64,000 nucleotides of DNA, from NCBI GenBank assembly GCA_030264375.1, contig JASCQW010000154.1, positions 16,674,218 through 16,738,217 on the forward strand. Direction: 5' to 3'. This document shows positions 25,131-38,259 of the stretch, piece after piece (positions within the stretch are counted from its first letter, which is position 1; each line of letters opens with the position of its first letter). Source of the DNA: Carcharhinus longimanus (lineage: Eukaryota). The position numbers and the translations under genes are program-made. A model generated the notes under the pieces. It saw only the letters and a list, made by a program, of their open reading frames with translations. It had not been told where the DNA came from and made no database searches.

Positions 25131-26877
25131 CCTAACAGCAGTGAACAGAATTGTGGCCTCGATCATTTGTCAGAATAATTCACATCTTCTGTGCCATAGA
25201 TATCTGACAGTCAATTAATTTTATTTGCATAATTCTAGTTTATCAGTGAAATTAGGACTAGGACTCTGTAACAGCTGCTGCCCTGCTTAAAGGTTGTTCA
25301 TGCACCTTTCCACTATAATCAGCCTCTCCAAGAAAAAAAATCCCAAACCAGCAATGTTTTCCTATGCTATCAGCCAAGATTCTAACCCAAAACAATACTC
25401 TAACGTTGCGTTTATGCAATGTGTTACACATGACTGAAGTCAAAACCTGTCCGCAGTTTAGGAAATTAGTTACATCTCCAATTATTTAGAATCAATATTT
25501 AGGAATGTATTCTGTAAGTCTGTCAAGTGTATTGATACATTATCCCCAAGGAAAAATACTGAGGCTGGCATTGGAACTTAGAGCCTCAAGGTATGGGAAA
25601 AGCAATTAAAGCAGTTTATAATCTCGTTTTTTAAAAAAAAATCGTAGATATAGGCAGACTCCACCATAGAACTGAAGGATAAAAGTCAAATCTTGCAAAT
25701 GCCAGTTGAGACTAGAAATTGGAAGGAATGTTTCCTCCCTACCTACCAAGGGTATGCAGAAAAGACTCTCAGAACAAGCAGTTACAGCAACGTTGATAAA
25801 AAACGGCTGCACGAACATTTGTTTAGGAATGAGACTGAAGGTTAGCGAGATAAGCACAGAAGAAGATAATCAAACTAAATACAATCAATTCTGCGCTACA
25901 AACACAATGGAAGGATTATCCATTGAACGCAAATACCGATATTTGAATAATGCAGAACATCGCCTCCGGACATTAAACACGCAGGTTAGAGGCTCTGAGG
26001 GGATGAATTCGTTAGTCAGTCAGTCAAAAAAATGCAGGCAGGCAAGCTGGAGCAAATGGCATTTTAAAGTTCCCCGATTTGCTATGATGGCATTAAACTG
26101 GAGAACAGGCATTAAAAAGACACTTATTCCAGAATTCTATGGGAAGATAATGAATTGCACAGATGTGAAGACGTGTTAAATGTAGCCCCAGATGCACAAA
26201 GCCGGTTCATTTGTTAACTACGTTGCAATAATGCAATGTTAGCTTTTATCACACATTGATTCTAATCAAGCAGGGCTCATTTAATACAAAAATTAAAAAA
26301 CATAAAACAAGCTGCCATTAACTTTGATTATATTAGTTAATTAATATTGCGATAGGTTTCTGGGTGGTGTCATTAACAATTCATTTAAAAAATATACTGG
26401 TCATTTCTGTTGCCCGGCCTGAAATCACTGTCACTTCCGTCACACAAGATTTCAGCTCAGGCCAATCTTGGCCCTGTTCCCAAATCTTCGGATAATTAAC
26501 AATGAATCTCAAAATTGTCACTGCCGTTTTTGGTAGTCGTTTTGAAGCTTTAGAGCTTGATCTCTTCCCTCTCACATTATCATTACTCTCATCAGTTTGG
26601 GACATCTTCCATTTCCATCTTGCTTTTGTTAACAAAAAAAAGGCGCAACATTTTCTCTCCCTCATCATTACCAGAGTTGGGGAATGGGTTTTGGCTAGCC
26701 AACTACTGGTCTGGTCCAATTGGCACAGCCTTTCTTCTGCAAAAACTCTGCTAGGACTGGTCATAAATCTTAAGAGCCAGTCAGCTCAGCACGACATAGT
26801 TCCTCCAGTGGTCCAAGCAGCAGAACCATTGCTCCAGAAAACTAATGGTCTGCGCTCAGGTTTCTCATATGCCTGCT

Positions 26878-26950
26878 GAGTACATATGTGGAGGTTGTGG
26901 ACCAGAATCGTGAGTATCGAGTACATATGTGGACGTTGTGGATTAGAATT
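26878..26950. repeat. ~41-bp-period tandem duplication
   Basis: gagtacatatgtggaggttgtggaccagaat / gagtacatatgtggacgttgtggattagaat. Confidence 0.85.
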
Positions 26951-27289
26951 GAGTCCTGTGGTCAGCAGAAAGCCCTGGTTGCTCAGTGGCCGCCTTTTGG
27001 TTGTGATGGTCGAAACACAGCTAGCACAGTGAGTGGACTCACAAAATGAATGCACTGGGACTGCCATCGGGAATTGGCCTTTGTGATGTGCTGCCTATGA
27101 TCACACACTAACTACATAGGGAGGGAGTGAATGAAATCCCCATTACATGGCAAGAGTTGCTCGCTACGACAGACCTTAAACATTGGCGAAAAGAGATAGG
27201 CATATTGCAGCAGCTTTTCATCTTGCACTCAGCAGGACAAATGCAAAAATGCCAAATTTCAAACAAGAACAATTTATGAATTTTTTTTA

Positions 27290-27572
27290 AAGTTCATTTA
27301 TTTGTCACAAGTAGGCTTACATCAACACTGCGATGAAGTTACTGTGAAAATCCCCTAGTCGCCACATTCTGGCACTTGTTCGGATACACTGAGGGAAAAT
27401 TTAGCATGGCCAATGCACTTGACCAGCACATCTTTGGAGTATGGGAAGAAACTGGAGTACCAAAGAAAACCCATGCAGACACAGAGAATGTGCACACTCC
27501 GCACAGACAGTGATCCAAGTCGGGAATCAAACCTGGGTCCCTGGTGCTGAGGCAGCAGTGCTAACCACTGTG
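27290..27572 (-). mobile_element. HE1-type SINE, B tail
   Basis: Head, core and B tail on the minus strand. Confidence 0.88.
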
Positions 27573-28787
27573 AAAAAGTGCTGACCGGTTGGAAAGTTGA
27601 TTGATTGGCTGAGGTGCTGCCATGGAGAAAGCAACAGAGAACTTTAGGCTCCCCAAGCTCCCAGGTAATCCTAAAAAGATACAAGGCTTGAACATATTCC
27701 TTTCGTTTGCAGAGAATGGCTCCCTGTGCCTGAATGTGTGTTCCTTCAAGAAAGCACACCTTTAGGCTTCAGTAATGTGTCTCTTTTCCACAACATACAC
27801 AGCAAGAGTTGACATGAGGTACATGCAGTCAATGGAATTCTGCAATTCCTTGCATGCTTGCTCTGCCTGCTTCATTTGGGCTACAGGAGATGCAATAAAG
27901 TAGTGTTTACTGACAGAAGTTCAATGGCCCCCTTTATGGATCACTTTTTGACCATGTTTTTGATTCCTCCTGAAATATTTCCCCATCTGATTCAGCTCAT
28001 GTTTTGATTACACTTCCATAAAGCTCCTTGGGGTGAATTTCTGTTTTGAAGGCGCCATATACATTGTCAAGGCAGTACTGCAGCTACAAGAAGGTGGACA
28101 AGTAAATTACTCATTTCTAGTTAATTAAACAATTAAACTGAGTGAGCAGAGATTGTGTTCACTTAACAGTTGGATTTGTTTTGCCTTAGAACAAAACATA
28201 GCTTTACTTCAGCAGAATGGCACCTACTATTTGCAAACAGCAGAATTCTTCAGGCAATAATTAAACTGAGTGATTTACCACACACATACACAAACACGTA
28301 ATTCTATAGTGTGATCAGATCCTCAAAATAGATACAAGAGTGGAACAAAATACTCCTATCTTTACACATATCTGATAGTGGAACCTAGCTGGTAAGATAC
28401 TACTTTACAACACAATTGTTACACACGAATCTCTGGAATTCATTCCTAGGGACACTGCTTTAAGAAAAAAGGTAGATAGAATAAACCGATTTACATTTTA
28501 AACCGCAGCCCCATTTTTGAAGATTTTGGTTGCCCTATTCATTTATATACTTCAAGCAGCTTCATTCCCAAAGGATACCTCTCTACTGAGGACAACCAGA
28601 AATATGCAGATACCATTCAATTCATCTTGCTCATAAAAAACTTTACCTGCAGTTAATTGCCTAGCCTTCCAGTCCCTGAAACCGTAATTAAGAGAGACTT
28701 GGCTGTGCATGATTTTGTACCATTTTGATCAAAGTAGAGTGAACTCAATTTACAAAGGGCAGCTCATTGAGAATGTTCGTAATTTGT

Positions 28788-28860
28788 TTTAATCACTATT
28801 GTCAATTGCACAAAAATTTATACAAAGGCTTCTAAAGGTATTTTACATCTCTGTACAAAA
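28788..28860 (-). terminator. Candidate BRCA1 polyadenylation region
   Basis: On the minus strand three TGTA elements precede ATTAAA (28788-28793). Alternative signals exist: AATAAA at 29350-29355 and ATTAAA near 30152 and 30204. Confidence 0.3.
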
Positions 28861-29489
28861 AGAAGTTACATTGTGCATCAGGAGCACAGCTTGTCCCATT
28901 TTACCCACATGTTTGGCAAATGAAAACCTGTGACAAAATGGGCCAGCAATCGGTGTGAAGAAACTGGTACAGATCTCTACTGCAGCACAGAGTTCCAAAA
29001 TTCAGTCAGTTGTCAAAAGGAGGTGCTCATTCCACATTAGTCTATAATATCATAGAAATGATATTATAGATGGATAGAAATGAACTCCAAATTAGTTGCC
29101 ATTTTTATCATAGGGCAGAACTGTAATCAGGGTGAACAAGAAAAAAAAGTTGTTAGTGGTATTAAGCCTTCAATTAATCATTGAAACATTCTGCAAAACT
29201 TACCAAGATTACAGTTCTGAAAATATTAAGAGACAAAAAGGTGGGGCCTTTCTTCCTGATCAATTGAGACAGCATAGGTTAAAAAGTAAAATGACCCACT
29301 TCATTAAATGAAGAGCAACAATTATTTCCTAGTTAAAGAGGAGCTATAGTTTATTGAGCCTTCCTTCTACACCCCTGAAAAATAGCTCTAAATACACAAA
29401 GGAACAATAACTGCAGATCTGTCTGAGTGAATGAATTCTGTCGTGGCAATATAGATAGATGATGGACATCTGAGAAGTTTAAGTGAAAG

Positions 29490-29850
29490 AGAAACTTGCA
29501 TTTATGTAGCACCTTTTACACAAACTTCTCAGTCAATTTTAAGTGCTTCTGAAACAGTTATTGAATCATAGGGAAGAGGCAGTCAGCATGCTCCCACAAC
29601 AGCAAGTGATGGTTTATTTGCGGGATATCAGCTAGGATTCTGGGGATAAGTCCCCTGAATCTTCTTTAACGCAGTGCCATGGGGTCTTTAATGTTCACCC
29701 AAGATCTGAAGGGGTTTTGGCTCAACCTCTTGCTAAAAAGACAGTAATTTCAACAGCTGAATGTCAGCCTAGATTTTGGTGTTCAAGTCCCCGAAGGCAC
29801 ATTTGAACACTCAACCCCTGACTCAGGGTGCAACCTACTGAGCCATGGTT
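29490..29850 (-). mobile_element. Deu-domain SINE, degraded
   Basis: aaacttgcatttatgtagcacc tail through ...ctactgagccatgg head; reverse homologue of 50225-50680. Confidence 0.7.
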
Positions 29851-30467
29851 GATGTTAAGTGGGGGAAAAGCTAGAGGAAACAGGTATGTTTAAATGTAAA
29901 CAGAGCCTAAAAATAATTTTCATCCACAATAGCAACAGGATTTACTAAAATACACAGCTGTTTTGCATTAGTAACTGAAAAATGCTAGTATAATAACTAC
30001 AGATTTTGTGGATTAGAATAGTTCTTCTGCTGGTGAGGCTGCTAAATGGAATTGCCATCACCTTTAATCTACAGTGTTACTTTTGAGGCTGAATTTTATC
30101 ACAAGGATGCTATGCACCAGTTGGTGACAAAGTGAAGTTCTACATCTACCATTTAATATTGTTTTGATTGTATGTTAAAAAAAGCTTTTCATTAGGCCCA
30201 ACATTTAATAATAGAATATTATGGTATTAACACTCAAGTATTCGAAAGAAATGGCATCGGACCACCTCTGAAAACCACAGACGATGAGGCCAACAACAAA
30301 ATAAATTTGAACAAGTTAATTAAAATGCAGTTTCTCTCTGCTCCTGCTTTTATGATCACAATTTTGCTCAGTCTTTTAATAATGTGAAACCAATTCACGG
30401 CTTTGTGTTATTTACATTCTATTTAAATAACAAATACATCTTCAGAATGCCCACTTTGTGCAGCCTT

Positions 30468-30580
30468 TCAATGTGGATGGCAGACCAGATAAGGTTGCAG
30501 ATGATGGTTCTGATAGCAAGCAACGCTGTCCAAAATCCATTCTCTGGTAACTACAATGGTGTTGTATTGTCTCTGGATTG
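30468..30580 (-). CDS. BRCA1: BRCA1 terminal coding exon 24 equivalent, to the TGA stop
   Basis: Acceptor ttgcag. AIQRQYNTIVVTREWILDSVACYQNHHLQPYLVCHPH* versus human [41 protein letters not shown]. Confidence 0.97.
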
Positions 30581-30982
30581 CTGCAACAACATTACGACAT
30601 TGTATATTTTCATTATTCATTTTATAATAGGTTTTCATATAAAGCGTCAACCATTTAAAAAGAATCCCTGTGAACATTAATTATCCCTCTCAGTTGCAGC
30701 ACAGTAAACATTATCAATCTTTACTTGACCTGAAACACACAAATGGAAACGAACCCATATCGTGAAACCAACCTCTAAGAAATTCTGGATGCAAATACTT
30801 GTATAAACTAATTGAACTCAATCTGTTGGAGTCCATTGCTCCACCACAGTCTTCCCAAACTTTTCCAGTCGCAGAATCCTTCTGCGCTCCCCAAGAATAC
30901 TGAATAAATCCGAGAACCTTATTACAAACTAAAGAATTAAACCACAAAAAATGACTATTATTGTGCAATTGGTACAGATTTC

Positions 30983-31297
30983 TTTTATTTGTTCATGGCC
31001 AGCGTTTATTGCCCAATCCTGACAGCCAACCACATTGCTATGAATCTGGAGTCACGCATAGGCCAGACTAGGTAAGGACAACAGATTTCTTTCCCTCAAG
31101 GACATCAGTGAACCAGATGAGTTTTTAGAACAATTAACAATGTTTTCATGTTCATCATTATACTTTTAATTCCACATTTCTATTGAATTCTAATTTCACC
31201 ATCTGCTGTGATGGGATTCAAACCCAGTTCCCACAGCATTACCCTGGGTCTCCAGATTACCAGTTGAGCGACAATACCACTGTGCTACGGCCTCCCC
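30983..31297 (-). mobile_element. SINE family 2 in the last BRCA1 intron
   Basis: Reverse complement of 528-880. Confidence 0.85.
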
Positions 31298-32041
31298 TAA
31301 ATATTAAAAAGCAAACTTAAAAGCTGTTTTTTTGTCCTATATGTATGCATTTATTATAATAAAAAAGTTCTGTTATTCAACTTCGCTTATCCTCCTTTTC
31401 CCCTCACAATCCTCTCGGGGACCTCACCTCCACCCCGGTCTGGGCTCTTCACAAACCCACTCACCCCTACATACCACCACCATCAGCCAAACTGACAATG
31501 GAATCCTTGCAGGGATCTTGTGGAACCCAGTGTGGAAACACTTGATCTACCACATGTCTATGAGACTCGTCAAATCTTGTGTTTTTTTTGGGGAAAAAAA
31601 TAAATCTACAACAGGCATTATCTACATGACTCCTCACTAGGCTGGAAGGGCTGTGGAGATGGAAATAGCTTTTAAATTGGGTCTGCTCTTTTAGCACTCA
31701 TTTATTTCTCTTCCATTCACCTCACTACGTTCTCACCTCTTTTGTTTTTAAGTGCAAAACACAAGCAGACATCTTGGACCTACAAGTAGGTCACCAAACC
31801 TGGAATTGTTTCAAACACATGTACCACATCCATTATTCAGCTACTACAGAGGAATTTGAGTTCAGCAATTTTTTCCCAGTATCACGAGTCTTTATTACAG
31901 GGATAGATTTGTTCCAAATAATAGGATATTTATCAAATGCAAAATTTAATGGCTGCAAAACAGATGCTTGCTGATAGTTTACTGTGCTTCAATAAAAGCA
32001 TATCCCATGCAGTAATGATATAGATTTAACTGTATACTCAC

Positions 32042-32102
32042 CTTCATAGTCAGTATTTGCTGAATTAGCATCAGGCTGTACAACAACCACTGCAGTACGA
32101 TC
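32042..32102 (-). CDS. BRCA1: BRCA1 exon 23 equivalent (BRCT2)
   Basis: 61 nt as in human. DRTAVVVVQPDANSANTDYE versus human [20 protein letters not shown]. Donor gtgagt. Confidence 0.97.
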
Positions 32103-32565
32103 CTGACAGAAGCAAAAAGTATATAACAGGGACGAAACAGTTAATGAAAATTACAAATGGCAGTGTCAAAACCATTCCCATTCTATTAATAAGTGTTTAA
32201 AGCAGTTACTTTAAATTCTGTAAAAGGAGAAAGAAAACACTTTGTTCAAGGAAATAGCTTTTCTAAAATGCAAAATTTTCAGCATCCACTATTTCATCAT
32301 ATGAATATTTTCTTATCATATTTTGAGCTCTTCACAGATTTTAATGGCATTTTCAGATTAAATTTAACTATGCTGCTGGTCATGATAAAATATAGAATTC
32401 ACACCCAATTTGCATACAATGAGATTTAATTCTGAACAGAATAATTTAGATGACATTTTTTAAATAAGTGACCAAACCAAAACTTTTGCATTATAAAGCC
32501 ACACAAATATATAATTTCTTATAATGTTTATTTCAGAGATAATGAGATCCTGATTTTTGAAGGCT

Positions 32566-32945
32566 GTGGTTGTAGCACAGTGGTTAGCTCTGCTGCCTCA
32601 TAGTACTAGGGACCCGGGTTCAATTCCCTGACTTGAGTCACTGTCTGTGTGGAGTTTGCACGTTCTCCCTGTGTCTGCATGGATTTCCTCTGGGTGCTCC
32701 GGTTTCCTCCCACATTCTGAAAGATGTGCTGGTTAGGTGCATTGACCCGAACAGGGGCCGGACTGTGGCACTAGGGGAATTTCACAGTAATTTCATTGTA
32801 GTGTTAATGTAAGCCTTGTGACTCATAAATAAACTTTAAACTTTTAAACCCCTTGCATGGGGTTATGGGGATAGGGCCTAGGTGGGATTGTAGTCAGTAC
32901 AAACACAATGGGCTGAATGACTTCCTTCTGCATTGTAGGGTTTTA
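32566..32945 (+). mobile_element. HE1-type SINE with B tail followed by a CR1-type tail
   Basis: B tail ends near 32845, then ggggttatggggatagggcc...cttctgcattgtaggg. Confidence 0.85.
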
Positions 32946-33843
32946 TGGTAAACGGTCATGTTTTATTTAGAGATTGATCATGCTGATCTTGGCTGAACAA
33001 AAGGAAGCATATCATAAAATATATAGACGAGGAGACAACGCAGTTCACATGATGAAGTCATCTTTCACCACAAACAGGCTCACATCTACCTGCTCGCTCA
33101 TCCAATGCAAAACTATATCATCTTTCACATTTCTAAGAAAGGCACAAGTAATCAAACTGCACATTAAAATTTTTCACAATAACGGCAGACATTGAGAATT
33201 TCCACACACCCTGCACTATTGCCCCATTTGTGCTTCCATTTTTCTTTTGCTGGGGTGGTGGTGGTGGTGGGTGGTGGTGGTAAGAAATTGCAGAAAAACT
33301 GCTGCTTAAAGAAGAAAGCAACCTGATAATTTGTCCCACAGCCTTTAATGTTCTAATGGACCAAACCATAGATGCAAAGATTTCTCAGGTTAATAATTTC
33401 AGCAATGCAAAAAAAAGTGCTAGTAGTTGAGGATGTTTTGGAGAAAGATTGGTAACAGAACCGGTGTGGGGTAGGAAGCAGAGGTCGAGGTCGAGTCATA
33501 TACTAAGCTCTGCAACATTAGATTTAGCCTGACCCCAAGTCAGGGAGAATGTTTGCAAACCCTTATGCAGCACCATCCTCAGTTCCAGAGTCATGTAAGG
33601 AAACCTTCATTGATAGTGACACGTAGCTGGAGGAAATGGAAAGGCAGTTGGAGAAAGTGCGAACAGCCTTGGGGGAATGTAAAAGCATCATAGCTTAACT
33701 GCTCAATTTACTCCCCAAATCATTAAGCAGACATAATGTAGTATTTAATAATACGGGATTTCAATTTCTCTCCATTAAGACACAAATCCAATTTTCTCAT
33801 TTTAATGGTTCTATGACCTTAAGGCATATTATCTTGTACTTAC

Positions 33844-33917
33844 AGGACTATAGGTGAATAAATAAGGTTCCTTAATTATGGAAGCACCGCAGAGTTCTAC
33901 CAGCCACTCCAGTTGAT
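33844..33917 (-). CDS. BRCA1: BRCA1 exon 22 equivalent (BRCT2)
   Basis: 74 nt as in human. DQLEWLVELCGASIIKEPYLFTYSP versus human [25 protein letters not shown]. Confidence 0.97.
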
Positions 33918-35340
33918 CTGCAAGAGAGCAATATTCATTTATGACATGTCTCATACCTACATTTTAGTGATGGCAAGACTGGAGTTTCTTTTAAACTTCC
34001 AACACAATTCAAAATTAATTTGTTCAGCTTCAATTCCCAACGTCAGTTGCGTAGGAAACAAAACAACTGAGGAAAAAATAATTATGCATCAAGTGTGACC
34101 TTATGCAGGCATTGTACAATGCCATTAATCCTCATCCCTGTGAAACATAACCATCTATGATCCTCATAAGAAGAGAATAATTAGAGTCTAATTTTCCACT
34201 GTACTGTTTGATATTGAAACCTTCTTAGTATTACTTGGAGTGCTTTGAACTACAAGTCCTCACTATTTCCAAAGCAAAATTTTACCTATTGGACTCTATA
34301 CCCTGAAACAACGCATGTGCTGCGTCCAATTTTCTGTCCATTAATTTTAATGGGCAAAAAAGAAAAATCAGGGGTCATGCCCCCAGGAAAACTCTACACT
34401 GTTAACATAAAACCAGATAATTACCCCTTGTATTTGCATGGAAAGTTGGCCATCTTAATACAACAATAACATTTTTGTTTCAAAAAAATGGAGGAAGCTT
34501 TTATAACACAAACACACATGCATAAATATAAATAGAATGGAGAATGATTTCTATAATGCAAAAAACTGACAACACTAAAGCAAGCCCTTCAGAGCATCAA
34601 ACTTGGGCTGTCAGCTCTTTAATTAATCTAATTTCATTTTCCTATATCTTTTCATGTTTTTCCTTTTGAAATACTTATTGACTTCCTCTTAAACAACATC
34701 AGTGTCTACCTCAATAGACATGTAATTTTCTAAATATTTCCTTTGTGAAATTCTGTATTCTAATCTTCAGTTTCATTTTTTAGCAATACACTTCTGAATA
34801 TATGCCCATCATTGTTGGTATGCCAATAAGTGGAAATGAAGCTTTTGCCTTGTTTTTTTAAAAGTCATCTCAAAAATCTTCAACTTTTGAGAGTCTCCAT
34901 CGGGTGCTATTTGAACTTTCTCTGTTTAAATAAGAAAAAAGTTCTTCTTTCACTTTGGTAAACCCTCGGGGATTGTCACAGTAACTTCACTGACACCAGT
35001 TGCCCTGCAATCCACAGCCCAGTCAGCGTGACTTCTGACATGTGCAGCAAGATGCCAAGAAAGTGAGGGTGCCCAAGCTTATGGGCTATTGCTTCTTGGC
35101 TTTTTGGCTTGCGTCCTGCACTTGGTTGAATGTGAGCCTACTTGTGACTAATAAATAAAATTTACTTTATTATACTTAGTCCATGGTCCTAATATACTGC
35201 TCAGAGTGGAATAGTACAATCTCTTGGGTCCATAAACATTACCATTTAATGTGCAATGTTTTTCTGTTCAGGGGCTGTGCTGCAAGACCAATGTCAAACT
35301 TCTGATAATTCAAATCCAGGACATCCACCTGATGGCACAG

Positions 35341-35650
35341 GGCAGCATGGTGGCACAGTGGTTAACACTGCTGCCTCATAGCATCAGGGACGCGGGTTCA
35401 ATTCCAGTCTTGGGTCACTGTCTGCACACATTCTCCCCGTGTCTGGGTTTCCTCCGGGTGCTCTGGTTTCCTCCCACACTCCAAATATGTGCAGTTTAGG
35501 TTGACCGGCCATGTTAAATTGACCCTAGTGTCAGGGGATTAGCAGGGCAAACATGTGGGGTTAAGGGAATACAGCCTGCGTGGGATTGTGGTCAGTGCAG
35601 ACTTGATGGGCTGAATGGCTTCCTTTTGCATTGTAGGGATTCTATTCTAT
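35341..35650 (+). mobile_element. HE1-type SINE, CR1-type tail
   Basis: Head, core and tail present. Confidence 0.9.
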
Positions 35651-36424
35651 AACTTTACCACAGGTCAGACTTGGATCAACACAACTTGTGTTTAGAGCAG
35701 AAAAGCTTTTCCATAAGTAGGTAGCTTTTATGAACTGCAACTTGCAATCATATGCATGGAAGAGGTTTAAGATCAAGAGTGATTCATTTATCGTCATTCT
35801 AAGTCACATAGACCACCGACAATAACTTTTGAACAGTTTTATTTTCTTTAAATACTGTGACTCCTGCCAATGCAGGATGCCCGATACTCAACGAAAACCC
35901 ATTTTTTAAAGCCTTTATTTTAAATGTGGTTTCAAAAAAAGGAAACAAGGACCTCAATTATCATGGTACACAGTCTTGTGGGATGATGGTGCAGATTGGA
36001 AAATTAAGTATGGAGGTCAGAATGCCTGCTTTTCTGTTCCGTTAGTAAAGGTGCCAACAGCAGTTATGTAGTTTTGGAACAACGCCGCCAGTTTTCCGCT
36101 TATTTTCCCACAGAGGTTTTCCTTTGAAACATAATATGGTAAGACTAACAATTCCTTTCTTCCCACCAAGATATTTGCATTCAATTCTCTCCTCTTCTTC
36201 CTTCCTCTCCAGAAAATGCTGATGCTGAGCAGGAGTTACATGTTTAAAAAGTCAGCTGGTTTCAGTGGTCAGGACTGCTGAGAGTTTGAATTTTGCTTAA
36301 AAGAAAACTAGAAACTGAATGAAGAGAATAAGCATTACACTGAGATGAGAGAAATGAGTCCTGGTCTCTGGTATAACTGTGCATTCACCACATTAGCATC
36401 AAACACAGCCCTATAAAATGTGGT

Positions 36425-36785
36425 CACAGGATGTGGGTGTCGTCGGCTAGGCTAGCATTTACTGCCAATTCTTAATTGTCTTTGAGGTGGTGTTGGTGAT
36501 CTGCCTTCTTGAACCACAACTATATTGGAGGTACACCCACCATGCTGTTGAGAAGGGAGTTTCAGAATTCTGACCCAGCAAGAGTGAAGGAACTGGGATA
36601 TAGTTCCAATTCAGAATGGTGCGCAGCTTGGAGGGAAACTTGCAGGTGGTAGTGTCTTCATGTATCTGCCACCCTTGTCCTTCAAGGTGGTAGAGGGTTA
36701 GGGCTTGGAAGGTGTGCAGCAATGCATCATAGATGATACACACTACTGTGTGTCATTGGTGGAGGAACTGAATGTTGAAAGTGAT
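36425..36785 (-). mobile_element. CR1-group LINE 3' fragment (partner of SINE family 2)
   Basis: TTTCKFPSKLRTILNWNYIPVP; reverse homologue of 39100-39460. Confidence 0.8.
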
Positions 36786-37254
36786 CATAGAATTCCTACA
36801 GTGCAGGAGGAGGCCATTACTAATCTTATAATGGAAGTCTGACAAAACATTATTTATCCAAGATTCACAGAACCTCTCCCCTGTGCAGAATTGGTACAGT
36901 CAAAACTGGAAATTGAAGTCCACCAGCTCAAACAATTCTGAAACATGACAAACATAGTTTTTAATACCCAAAATTGAAGAGTTTCCTCCTCAACAGAAAA
37001 GAGGAGGATGAAAAATGAGACGCCAGCAGGAGGGCAATAAAGTAGTCAAGTCCAGAGAAACAAAAAATCACGGATGAGGGGTTCAGTCACAACTGAGCTG
37101 AGATAGAAGCAGAAGCGATAATGTTACGATTGCCGTCACAGTAGTATTTTGTTAGAATGTGCAGATCAGATGATTTTCAGCTCGAGGTTGAATAGGCCAC
37201 CAAGGCTGAAAATGGAATAACTCAACCTGAGAGAGAATGGATGGGGAAGAACAT

Positions 37255-37540
37255 TAACGGTGGTTACAAGAGCAGATCAGGGGCTAGGAATACTGCAGTG
37301 ACTAACTCACCTCCTGACTCCCCAAAACCTATTCACCATCTACAAGACATAAATCGGGAGTGCGATGGAATACTCCCCACTTGCCTGGATGGGTGCAGCT
37401 CCAAGAAGCTCGACACCATCCAGGACAAAGCAGTCCCACTTGATTGGCACCCCATCCATGGACATTCACTCCCTCATACGGTGACAACAATGTGTGCCGT
37501 CTACAAAAAGTACTGCAGCAACTCACCAAGGCTCCTTAGA
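37255..37540 (+). mobile_element. CR1-group LINE fragment
   Basis: Homologous to 38880-39160 (EYSPLAWMGA..KKLDTIQDKA). Confidence 0.8.
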
Positions 37541-38259
37541 AAGGGGGTGCAATTTTGCAGGTGCAAACAGCAACGTGGATGCAAAATCTCGCGGAAATGG
37601 GGAAATGCCTGCGAGATCTCATTTCCCCAGCCCTTGTTGGTGATGTAAGGGAGCATTGCTTTAATACATTGGAATGAATTTGTGTATTATTATTAAAGGG
37701 GCTCCCACCACACGACTCCCTTCACCAAATTTTCAAACCTCACCGACATGACCACAACAGCTTTATGGAGATGGGAAGCAGCTGAGGGGCTCCCACTGGG
37801 GAATGGTATAGTCCTCAGGAGAGAGATATGCCTGGATAATATCACTTGTGCCAGGGGGACAGTGCCAGGGCAAGGGCAAGCCCAGAAAGAATGCTTTCTA
37901 TGGTGCATCTGTAAAAGTTGGTGAGAGTGAGATTGATGTATTTCTAATAAAAAAAACGAGATGAGGGGATATGGGGCACAGGTAGGAAGGTGGATTTGAG
38001 ACCAGGGAGAGATCAGCCATGATGTGATTGAATGGCGGAAGATGCTCAAAGGGCTGAATGGCCTACTTCTGCCTCTAATTCCCATGTACCGATGTGAAGC
38101 ATGTGCAATGTGACCAGTACCCTACACGGGACACTTAGCCACCCAGCAACAATCCCAGCCTGTCAATGGCAACAGTTAACAGTCCATCTCAAGTGAATCG
38201 TTTCTGAACTGTGAATGCCAAATTGTGACAAATATGACTAAGCAATACCATTCTTTCAG

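Noticed and set aside
25706-26179. 157-aa plus-strand ORF
   Set aside because: It begins in what looks like degraded CR1-like sequence, has no recognisable domain and lacks an ATG start.
30714-30968. 84-aa ORF in the last intron (and 31467-31697) as extra exons
   Set aside because: Exons 23 and 24 already join in frame with human-like sequence; no consistent splice pair or homology.
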